Below are positions 53,808 to 64,000 of a DNA stretch of 64,000 nt, piece by piece; position 1 is the stretch's first letter, and each line of letters begins with the position of its first letter. The stretch spans positions 87,916,001-87,980,000 of the forward strand of contig OX597820.1 in assembly GCA_951406725.2 (NCBI GenBank). The letters run 5' to 3'. A program made the translations under genes and the position numbers. Below the pieces are notes generated by a model. That model had not been told where the DNA came from. It was given only the letters and a program-made list of their open reading frames with translations, and ran no database searches. Source of the DNA: Octopus vulgaris. Its lineage: Eukaryota.

Positions 53808-54216
53808 GTGTCGAAATGCGTAGCCGTATTTCGTCTGCCGTTACGTTCTGAGTTCAAATTCCGCCGAGGTCGATTTTGCCTTTCATCCTTTCGGGGTCGA
53901 TTAAATAAGTACCAGTTACAGACTGGGGTCGATGTAATCAACTTAATCCGTTTGTCTGTCCTTGTTTGTCCCCTCTGTGTTTAGCCCCTTGTGGGTAGTA
54001 AAGAAATAGGTATTTTATCCGTCTGCCCCTTGTGGGTGATAAAGAAATAGGTATTTTATCCGTCATTACGATCTGAGTTCAAATTCCGCCGAGGTCGACC
54101 TTGCCGTTTGTCCTTCCGGAGTCGATGGAATAAGTACCAGTTGAGTACTAGGGTCGGTGTAATCGACTTAACCCCATCTCGAAATTACTGGTCTTGTGCC
54201 AAAATTTGAAACTAAT
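53808..54216 (+). mobile_element. SINE family A dimer, 5'-truncated
   Basis: Two A units with a short tandem duplication at the junction (GCCCCTTGTGGGT..TAAAGAAATAGGTATTTTATCCGTC twice). Confidence 0.7.
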
Positions 54217-54749
54217 ATTAAATAGAAACTACAGTGGGGAGTGGAAGTATTAGAAATGGAATTTGTAGACAATGATAAAGTGAAATAAGGTGAACATATA
54301 AGACAAGGTAACTTTTACAGGATGTTGTTGGAGCAGAATAAAAATAAGTATTTTGGTTTACAGTTTCGGCAATAAAACAGATTCCTACTGTAAGAAAGGA
54401 TTGAAGAATTTAAACTTGTTATTTGATCCCATCTCCAACGATAATAATTGTTTTACTCGAGGAGTTTCAGAATGAGTAGACCTATAAATCAAAAGGCGTT
54501 CCAGCCGTGACTATCATAACTTGATATAAATCAGGTACTACATTGACCAAAATGCCCCTTGACAAAACAAAAAAGAAAAAAGAAAGACCAAAGAGAAAGA
54601 AACTAAGGTGTGATTTGAGAGAGTTCTTTCTGACTGTCATTTCTAGTAAGCTGAGAGACCACATAGAAGCTTCCTCATTGGCTTGCCTCCAGCGACATTT
54701 TGGGGGGTGCGGGAGGGGAAGGTAATAATAATCTAAAGCAGTACCAGCA

Positions 54750-54753
54750 GCTG

Positions 54754-54784
<31 letters not shown>

Positions 54785-54786
54785 CG

Positions 54787-54850
<64 letters not shown>

Positions 54851-54851
54851 A

Positions 54852-54892
<41 letters not shown>

Positions 54893-54936
54893 CACTACCA
54901 CCACCACCACCACCACCACCACCACCACCACCACCA

Positions 54937-54991
<55 letters not shown>

Positions 54992-55035
54992 CACCACCAC
55001 CTCTTCTTCTTCTTCTTCTTCTACTTCTTCTTCTT
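54750..55035. repeat. (CTA)n/(CCA)n/(CTT)n compound microsatellite
   Basis: Read directly. Confidence 0.95.
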
Positions 55036-55313
55036 CTCTCACGTGACTAACTTTATCAAGTGGTATTCATGATGAAAATCTTGAGTACAATTTATACATT
55101 CAGGAAGGATTAGACCGAGATTGAGTTGGAACAACAACACTGCCCAACACCCATCACGTGTTGAAAGCTATATTCTATCTTCACTGATTAATGTTGCCGT
55201 TTTTTTTTTCCTCCACAACTCTCTTCCTTCCTTCTTTCCTTCCACTTTCTTCTCTTTTCTTTTTTTTCTTTCTAAATTAAACGTGATGCTATTAGCGGTC
55301 AAGAAAGAAAGAA

Positions 55314-55344
<31 letters not shown>

Positions 55345-55810
55345 TGCACATGAATAGAGTGATTGATGATGATGATTGTGATGATGATGATGACGGTGAT
55401 GATCGTGATGATGACGATGGTGGTGATGAAGTCGACGACGGAGATGATGACGATGGTAATGGTGATGATGATAAATATTTGTTTAGTCTCAGCATAGAGT
55501 TAACTGCTGATTATATAGGAACTGGAATCTTTCCTTCACAGAAACCCTACACTGCTCTCCTCCTTCGAACATAAATCGTTCACTTTCTGAGATAACATCG
55601 AAATCTTAACTTTAATAAAAGAAATGCCACCAGATTAGAATTACAATTTTCGCTTGATTTTATATCAAGTTTTGAGAAGAAGAACTGTTATATCAACTTT
55701 CTATAAATGGTTACTGGTGGCTCAACAGAAAACTAATTTAGAGGAAAAGCCAACAAACGAACCATTATGCGGTCGTTCCATATGCTAAAAAGCGCAACCA
55801 AATCTCTCTT

Positions 55811-55846
<36 letters not shown>

Positions 55847-56482
55847 GTGAAAGCACGTGGCTAATTGGTTAGGGTATTCTGCTTTTAATCGTAAGGTCAT
55901 GTGTTCGATACTCGGCGGCGCATTGTGTCCTTGAGCAACACAGTTCATTTCTCGTTGCTCGAGTCCACTCAGCTGGCAAAAAAGAGTACGTAGTACCTGT
56001 ATTTTATGCAGGTTTACTCACGCCGCATCATACTGGTTACGTACCCCTTTGAGCCACATCAAATTCGCTCATCCGTCCACAAACACTCTCAGAACTTTAC
56101 TATCATTTATAAACTCTCTTGCCTCTCTCACTCCATCCATCTACACTAGGGTCAAAATCAACATTAAGGAGAATAAATCTAGCTAAAATAGTGCGTTTCT
56201 CAATCTAAAGTCACTTTCGCTACTGGAATCCCCAAATGTTCTGTTAGAATCCTAATATTCTTAACCTGGGGGAGAATTTCCCTTAGGTTAAGAATTGCAG
56301 GTGTGGACAGAACATATAAGTAAGGAAAGTATCATCATTTCAATCTACTTGAGTCTCATCAACGGCAGACAATATTGTCAGAACTTCAAACTCACATTCT
56401 CTATCCCTGCCAACTCTGTCTGTCTGTGTTCTAGTCTCTCTTTCTCTCTCGCTCTCTTATACTGATTATATATCAGTAAATA

Positions 56483-56880
56483 TCTTTATATATAAAAGAG
56501 AGGTTGTGTGCTGTCTGTCTCCTACGATTTAGATTCCTAACTACTCCCATATTTTGCGGTGCAGTTTAACCAAAACCGGGTATCTTATAGTCGTGATTCA
56601 TATCGAGCCCTTCTGGGTATTAGCGCGCGTCTACGATGAGTCTACGATTTTAAAAATAATTTAACATCAATTTTTCCCATTTTTAATGCATTTTTGGCAT
56701 ATATAAGGGAAGTAACTCTCTAAAAATTTATTATTAAATCTCAGAACGTAAAAAGCTACAGTAACACCCCGCCCCTTTATGGTTAGCCATATTGAGATGG
56801 CTATTATACTTTACATCTCTAAAAATGCTTATATAGTTATTTCCCTTACAAATCCGAGCAACGCCGGGCGATACTGCTAG
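56483..56880 (+). mobile_element. Non-autonomous Helitron
   Basis: 5' TCTTTATATATAAAAG, subterminal hairpin TCCGAGCAACGCCGGG, 3' CTAG, inserted between host A and T, no TSD. Confidence 0.8.
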
Positions 56881-57465
56881 TCTAAAATAAATCAAATTGT
56901 GGTCTTGTAGATTATTGATATTGTTTATTAAAGGCTGTGAACGGGAACAATCGTTAGCACGCCAGGCAAAATGCTTAGCAGCATTTCGTACGTCTTTATG
57001 CTCTGATTTTAAAATCCGTCGTGGTCGACTTTGCTTTACATCCTTTCGGGGTCGATAAAATAAGTACCAGTAGAGCACTGGGGCTGATGTAATCACCTAC
57101 CCACTCCTTCGAAATTATTGGCTTTATGCCAAAATTTGAAACTAATTTGTTAATTATTGTTTATATTTTAAAATCAAAGGAAAACTCGGCCAAGCAGTGA
57201 GCGATTAAGCTGTTGCACACTTCAAACAAGAAGCTCTCAACATAGATGTCAGCAATCTATCATCATAACTATATTAACATATCGTTCAGAGAAAGGCCCG
57301 GCCTGAGCAGTTATTTGACCCATCTGTTAATGATTCACCGACCTAAATAATATTTTCCCTCTTTATTAATCATCAAAAGTAAACAAGCGCAGGCATGACT
57401 ACGTGGTTAAGACGTTCGCTTTGCAGCTACGTGGTTCCGGGTTCCAATGCATTACTTTGAGCATG

Positions 57466-58671
57466 CCCGGTACTACTTAAGAAGAGTGGTCCCGGTGCGC
57501 GCACTCGCGTACTCGCGCATCCCCGCTAGCTAGTCGTGACTAGTCGATCCTTACCTTGTGTTTTTGTTTTATGTGTTTAGAAAAATTATTTACTTTGTGT
57601 TTTTGAGTTTTATTTACTTTTTAAAAAAAAAATCATTTACTTTGTGTTAAAAAATTATTTATTTTGTGTTTTATTTACTTTGTTAGGTGTAGGGATCTTT
57701 TCAATTCTGAAGCCAGGACCCCAGATCTTTCTACTTAACTAAATATTCTGAAACTTCGTATGCTGATAGAGTCTAGCAAAACAAGACACAGGTTGGAACT
57801 AGTTTATTTGAGAAAAATCTATTTTATGACTTTAATCGTAGATTAAAACTGCGAATTTTAACCAATCAGATTGTTTGTTTTCATGTGTAAAACTTGACTG
57901 CATTCTATTAGTGTGACGTAGAAAGCGCTTTTGTGACGTACTAACGTTCGGAAAACTGTAAACAAACACAGAACGTAACGGCAGACGAAATACGGCTACG
58001 CATTTCGCCCGGCGTGCTAACGTTTCTGCCAGCTCTTTGCTTTTTTAATATTAAATTTCTTGCCTTTTGCACAAATAAATACAATAAGTGAAATGAAACG
58101 CATTAGCTTAGAAACGAAATCTTGTTAGAAGCCTCGTCACTGAGATGCCACTTCTTAATAGCAAACGAAAGCAAGTACTAACAGAATGGAAACATTTTCA
58201 ATTTAATACATGTGGCTTATTAACTAGTTTTAAATATTGTTATTAGAAGGTGGCTGACTATAGGATCCTGGAAACATGAGTACGTTAAATAATTAGAAGG
58301 AGATTTCACGGAGACATGCGGCTTGTTTACATTTAAGATGTTTAATACGTCACCAAATTGGTGGTCGAGACGGAGTAAATAAAATAAAGCCGAATGACGG
58401 AATATCATTGGTTAAAATTCTAATTATTAAACAACGTTAAACTAGAAGTTACAATTCCGTTTTCATTCTGGTTTACAATTAAGTTTACTTTTGACACATT
58501 CTACCAGTATACGAAGTTTCAAATTGTTTGGTTCAGTAGGAAAAATTTGAAAAAACTGGCTTCAGAATTGAAAAGATCCCGTTGTAGGATCGACTAGACA
58601 TGACTAGCTAGCGCGGATGCGCGAGTACGAGAGTGCGCGCACCGGGACCACTCTTTTTAAGTAGTACCGGG
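57466..58671. mobile_element. GC-rich-TIR MITE hosting the 887-bp element
   Basis: 86-bp TIRs starting CCCGGTACTACTTAA (57466-57551 and 58586-58671, about 5 mismatches); CATG on both flanks; AT-rich internal tandem repeats (about TTATTTACTTTGTGTT). It interrupts a CORE-type SINE. Confidence 0.85.
57693..58579. mobile_element. 887-bp non-autonomous TIR DNA transposon, copy 2
   Basis: Same length and orientation as 1254-2140 (offset 56439); I see one substitution by eye (GGACCACAG vs GGACCCCAG). Flanks AGGTGTAG and CGTTGTAG form an imperfect TSD. Confidence 0.9.
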
Positions 58672-60889
58672 CATGACTTCGGCTGTAACTCCAGATTGAC
58701 CAATAAATTATGAGGGAAATTTGTTACTGTTCAAGTTGTTTCAAACAGATGCGTTGCTGATTAAAAAGAATAAAACCAACATCTGTTTGTAGTGGATCCC
58801 CCACCGGTTTTGACGATGAGCATTCCGTTGTTCGATCAAGTGAATTTCTACTCATGAAACTAATGCGTGAGTGGCTGAGTGTTCTACAGATACGTGCATC
58901 TTTAATGTGATTCTTTGGTTGACACGGCGCGGCAAAGCTCTTCCATTGAAATACATGTAGAATCTAGAAACAAACAAAGAAGAATCGATCTCCTCCGGAA
59001 CGGGCTGGTCCTTTATTTTATTGATCCTGAAATGATGAAATGTAATGTTGACCACAGCAGGATTTGAACTCAGAAAGTCGAAACGCATAGTATAAGACAT
59101 TCTATCCGATGCTTAATCGATTCTACTAATTCACCATCAAGAAATTAGCTGTATCCCGTAGCCAAATTCCAGCCCCGAACAGCAGCCAAAAGCCGTTTAT
59201 AGTCAGGTTTGGTGACGAAGGACTTTGTAATTTTGTTTCTGATTCAGAACGAGTGTAACATTTTCCTGCCATTAATATTGCATCTCTTCAAGGCGATGAG
59301 CTGGCAGAATCGTTAGCATGCCGGGCAAAATGTTTAGCGGCTTGTCGTCCGGCTTTACGTTCTGAGTCCAAATTCCCCCGAGATCAACTTTGACCTTTTG
59401 TTCTGTCGGGGCCGATAAAATAAATAATGGTTAAGCGCTGAGGTTGATGTTATCCACTTACCTTCTCCTCTGAAACTGCGATCCTTGTGCCACAATTTGA
59501 AACTAATACAGTGTTTATTTTTATTACACTTTATATCATTCACGTGACATATCATTTACCAGCTTCTATTTAGAGTTGTTTATTGTCTTCTGTTGGGGTA
59601 GATGTTATTTATTGTTCAATGTAAAACATAGGGTGGAAGTTTAAACAGTAAAAATTCAGTACTCTGTATTGTATTTGCAAAAAGAAATTTTCTTAGACAT
59701 CATTTGTAGTTATCTTTCATGTAAAACATCGGATAAAGTGTTATCTAGTCACAGTTAGTATTTTATATAGTAAGTATGTTTTTGCCCGGCATCAGTAGAT
59801 GCGTGTTTCGATATCTTTACCTCGTTGGTTCAGATCTTGAAATTTGAACCAAAGTTAGATTTATCAAAGTTATGTATAAACTATAAGAATTCACGAGAAA
59901 ATAACAGAGGCACCTTCGACTACAAAGATATGTTTTTCGTAGAGAAAGTTCATTGAAATTGGTGAGGCTTTGCAAGGTAAAGATGAAATTAATATCCGTT
60001 GTTCAAGTCCCATCTCCAACCATGCAGCGGAAGTTCTCCATTTCTGGTCAGCAGTCAAACAAAACGTCACCAATTAGATTGAACGCCGGGTAAAATCCAT
60101 TTAAGCAAAAGGAGGAAGATGATATATTGAGTGAATGATAAAAACAATATTTACGGTAGGAAAACGTTATGATTTATTTTAAAATCCATTATTAAAAACC
60201 GTGAGGTGTTTGCACCATTTTTGACTCTAAACAGTAGACAGAATAATGAAAATGGAGAAAATGAATATTTATGAGGTGTATCATCGCGATAAAGATGATG
60301 GGGAAAGAGAAACGATGTAGGATAACTTCAACGTTAGCTAGATGTCAACTTTCGTTCTATGCTTGACATTGAAAAATGAATACAGAGGAGTGGGAAGAAA
60401 AAATAATCCGTCGAAGTAAAGCTAACAGGGTGGGTCAATTTAATTATAATTATATTATTACAATTACTTAAGGCAGCGAGCTGGTAGAATCGTTCGCACA
60501 CCGGGAAAACTGCTTAGCGGCATTTCGTCCGTCTTCACATTTAAAATTCTGCTGAGATCGACTTTGCCTTTCATCCTTTCGGAGTCGATAAAATAAGTAC
60601 AAGTTGAATACTGAGGATCGATATAATCGACTTTCACTCATCCCCGAAACTTGCTGACCTTCTGCCAAAATTTTGGAACTATTATTATTATTAATTTTAT
60701 TCATCATGTACGGGTGCCTTCATCATGATTTTATTTAATTTATTCAATTTTGGAAAACTTGAAGAATGTCTTTGACAGTTCTGGAGCGTATTGAAATTAT
60801 TTTGTGCATGATTTTTCGTCCACTCTGTTATACAAAATATAAAACCTTAACTAGATTCGAACGTTTACCTTAAAATATACAAATTATCG

Positions 60890-61190
60890 TGGAGGCACAT
60901 GGCCTAGTGGTTAGAGCATCGGACTCGTGGTCGAAGGATCGCGGGCTTGAATCTCAGACCGGCGATGTGTGTGTTTATGAGCAAAACACCTAAGCTCCAC
61001 GTGGCTCCGGCAGAAGGTAATGGCAAACTTCTGCTGACTCTTTCGCCACGACTTTCTCTCACTCTTTCCTCCTGCATCTTGCAGCTCACCTGCGACGGAC
61101 CGGCGTCCCGTCCAGGTGGGGAACCTATACGCCAAGGAAACCGGGAAACCGGCCCAATGAGCCAGGCGTGGCTCGAGAAGGAACAAACAA
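60890..61190 (+). mobile_element. SINE family C, alternative-tail variant
   Basis: Reverse complement of 28686-28988; TSD TACAAATTATCG / TACATATTACCG. Confidence 0.8.
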
Positions 61191-61919
61191 TACATATTAC
61201 CGAGGGTTATTAATAATTAGGTCTCCGTCTGTTACGATGACGAGTGTTCAAGTTGACCCAATCAACAGAATAGCCTGCTCGTGGAATTAACATTTAAGTG
61301 GCTGAGCACTCCACAGACACGCGTTCAATTAGCGTAGTTCTCTGGGAGATTCAGCATGACACAGAATGTGACAAGACTGGCCTTTTGAAATACAGGTACA
61401 AATCATTTTTGCCAGCTGAGTGGACTGGAGCAACATGAAGTAAAGTGTCTTGATCACAGACATAACGCACCACCGGGAATTGAACTCACGAGCTTGCAAT
61501 CGTGAGCCGAATACCCTAACCACTAAGCCACGTGCATTTACTGTTTCTACCAAGTCACCACTTCTCTCAGTGTCTTGGTCACATAGTAGTCACAGTACAG
61601 TCTTTAAAGTTTACAGTTTCTTTTGTGCTGTGATGGCGGCGGCGGCGGCGGCGGTGGTGTCGGTGGTGGTGGTGGTGGTAGAATTGTTGTTGTTACGGCA
61701 GTGGTGGTGGCATTCTATTGTAGTGGTTGCAGCAATGATGAGGTGTTGTGTGATAATGTCTTTTGATGGTGGTGGTCGTAGTGTTGATGTAAAAGTAAGT
61801 AGTTCATTGGTGAACTGGTGTTGTCGGTGATTGTATTAGTAGTGTTGTATGGTAAGGTAGTGGTGGTGGTGGTGGTGAATGTCAGTTAATGAATAAATGT
61901 AAACGTAATGCGTATATAT

Positions 61920-62182
61920 TAGCCAGGGTAAACTGCGGCCCGTGGGACTTTCTGAATGGCACTGCTAACGAAAAATTACCTTAATTTTTTTATAGTAGTG
62001 TCACTAAATTAAATAAACATTGCGCGGAGTCAATTTAATGTTTATTTAACTTAGTGATTTTTTAAATAATATTTATTATAGTATTTAAAATTTTTTTCTA
62101 TATAATATAGATAATGTCTTTCACTATTGAATTACTTAATAGAGGTTATTTCTCTATTTCTCTTAATTGTAAACACACACAC

Positions 62183-62238
<56 letters not shown>

Positions 62239-62542
62239 ATATATGTATATATATACATGTGTGTGTGTGTTGTGTGTGTTAGTGTTTGTCCCCCACCACC
62301 GCTTGACAACCAGTGTTGGTGTGTTTACATTTCCGTAACTTAGTGGATCGGCATCAAAACTGATAGAATAAGAATCAGACTTATTCTAATAGATAAAAAA
62401 AAGTACTGGGATCAATTTGTTCGATTAAACCCTTCACAGCGATGCCCCAGCATGGCCACGGTAAAATGACTAAAACAAGCAAAATGATAAAAGATTCTAA
62501 CACACACACACCACCACCACCACCACCACCACCACCGCCACC

Positions 62543-62574
<32 letters not shown>

Positions 62575-63009
62575 TATCATCATCGTTTAACGCCCGTTTT
62601 CCACGCTGGCATGGGTCGGACGGCTTGATGGTAACTGGCAAGGCCAGGAACCGCACCAGGTTCCGTAGTCTCTCCAAGTCATCCCTGATCGATGAGATCA
62701 ATCATTAAAGATATCCTAGCTGTTACTGTCCTGGCTTTTCTCTACCTACAGAGTGAACTCTGCATCATTTAATATCAGTACAGCCTTCTTTATTTAAGAC
62801 AATAATGAGTGATTTGAGCGAGATATGACTGCTATTTTTAGCAGGAGAATAACATGGTAGAACAGGCACGGGCATACTTTTTCGAGAAAGACCCGAAAGA
62901 GACGTATGGTTCATGATCAGGCGGGTCTCCATACTAAAAAAATTCAAGGTAATTTTTCATTAGACGTGCCATTCAGAAAGTGCCGCGGGTTCAGGTTACC
63001 CATGACTCA
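61920..63009. mobile_element. Pair of inverted hAT-like ends enclosing about 1 kb
   Basis: GGGTAAACTGCGGCCCG...ACTTTCTGAATGGCAC...GAAAAATTACCTT (about 61925-61998) matches the reverse complement of about 62932-63003. Confidence 0.55.
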
Positions 63010-63900
63010 CTGAGATTTCCTAGTTGGTTAATTCTATTTAAGATATTGTTATTTAGCCTTAGGTCAAAGGTAATCGAGTAAATCTTTGACTACTATTTGG
63101 CTACTATTTCCAGCATGATCAACGTTTACATAGTGGTTCTCTTGATTCCCGACCCACAGTGTAGCAGTGTGGTCTTAGCTATACAATATATATATATATA
63201 TATTTACCTATCACGTGACCGACCAGACCATCAGATGTTGCTACACATCGCTGGTCACAATGCGTTCGCATTGTTTTAGCCTTCGAACGACGCCACCCCG
63301 CTGGCCAAGCGAGCTGGCCAACAGAAGAAAGAGTGGTGAAAGAGTACAGCAGGGATTACCACCCCCTGCCGGAGCTTCGTGGAGCTTTTAGGTGTTTTTC
63401 GCTCAATAAAAACACACAACGCCCGGTCTGGGAATCGAAACCGCGATCCTGCGACCTATCACTGGGCCATTGCGCCTCCACATATATATATATATGTTGA
63501 CTACGACCTTTTAGTTGACACAAGGGAAATAACTCTGTGTTTATTACAACAAGTTATCTCCAAACAAACCCGCTGCATTCGGTCTCACAATTAAACAAAC
63601 TTAATTATAGAGTTTTCGTCGTCGCCTTCGTCCTCGTAATCGTTGTCGTTGCTGATGTTGTTTAATCACGGAACAGCACTAATCGATCTGGTTTATGACC
63701 AATGAGTTTAGCTCGTGATTATTGGATGTCGTGCTACATCATCTTAATTATTCCTTTTTTAAGATAATTTGATATGATGTGAGGGAGATTTGGCTGTTAT
63801 TTCTGACTAGTAGAACGAGCATTTAAGATTTCCACGCCGATTCGTTTCCACCGATTGTCAAGCGGTGGTGGGGGACAAATGCGGACACAAGAACACACAC

Positions 63901-64000
<100 letters not shown>

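Noticed and set aside
55344-55574. Acidic Asp-rich ORF
   Set aside because: Degenerate (GAT)n microsatellite with no splice or homology support.
57570-57685. Short regularly spaced repeats resembling a CRISPR array
   Set aside because: Degenerate AT-rich tandem units inside a MITE, no unique spacers, no cas genes, eukaryotic context.
59820-60073. Possible mariner transposase N-terminus (MGLEQRILI...)
   Set aside because: Similarity too short and degenerate, and no TIRs identified.

Overview
This is eukaryotic, AT-rich DNA saturated with microsatellites and SINEs. The repeat content points to an octopod cephalopod (Octopus-like); that assignment is inference. I can support only one host coding exon: on the minus strand at about 25938-26260, the N-terminal exon of a cGMP-dependent protein kinase (PRKG1/foraging) with an I-beta-type leucine zipper and pseudosubstrate, ending at a GT donor. 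Bases 1-25937 are therefore probably intron and bases above 26.3 kb upstream or intronic. Most of the rest is repeat-derived: three tRNA-derived SINE families (one also moving as a dimer), decayed LINE fragments (CR1/L2-like, Tx1/L1, RTE), a Penelope GIY-YIG remnant, non-autonomous Helitrons, several TIR MITEs and an (AAT)n-embedded retroposon. The TIR MITEs include two near-identical 887-bp copies 56 kb apart, one of them inside a three-level nest. The most notable unannotated signal is a set of minimal type I hammerhead-ribozyme motifs in short, mostly microsatellite-adjacent Penelope-like elements. One has an intact core in the sense orientation of the PKG intron, one sits behind a tRNA/Pol III head, and two carry inverted duplications that start inside hammerhead stem II. 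Almost all other listed ORFs are microsatellite or repeat artefacts. All coordinates and counts were read by eye, and repeat boundaries are approximate unless a TSD is given.
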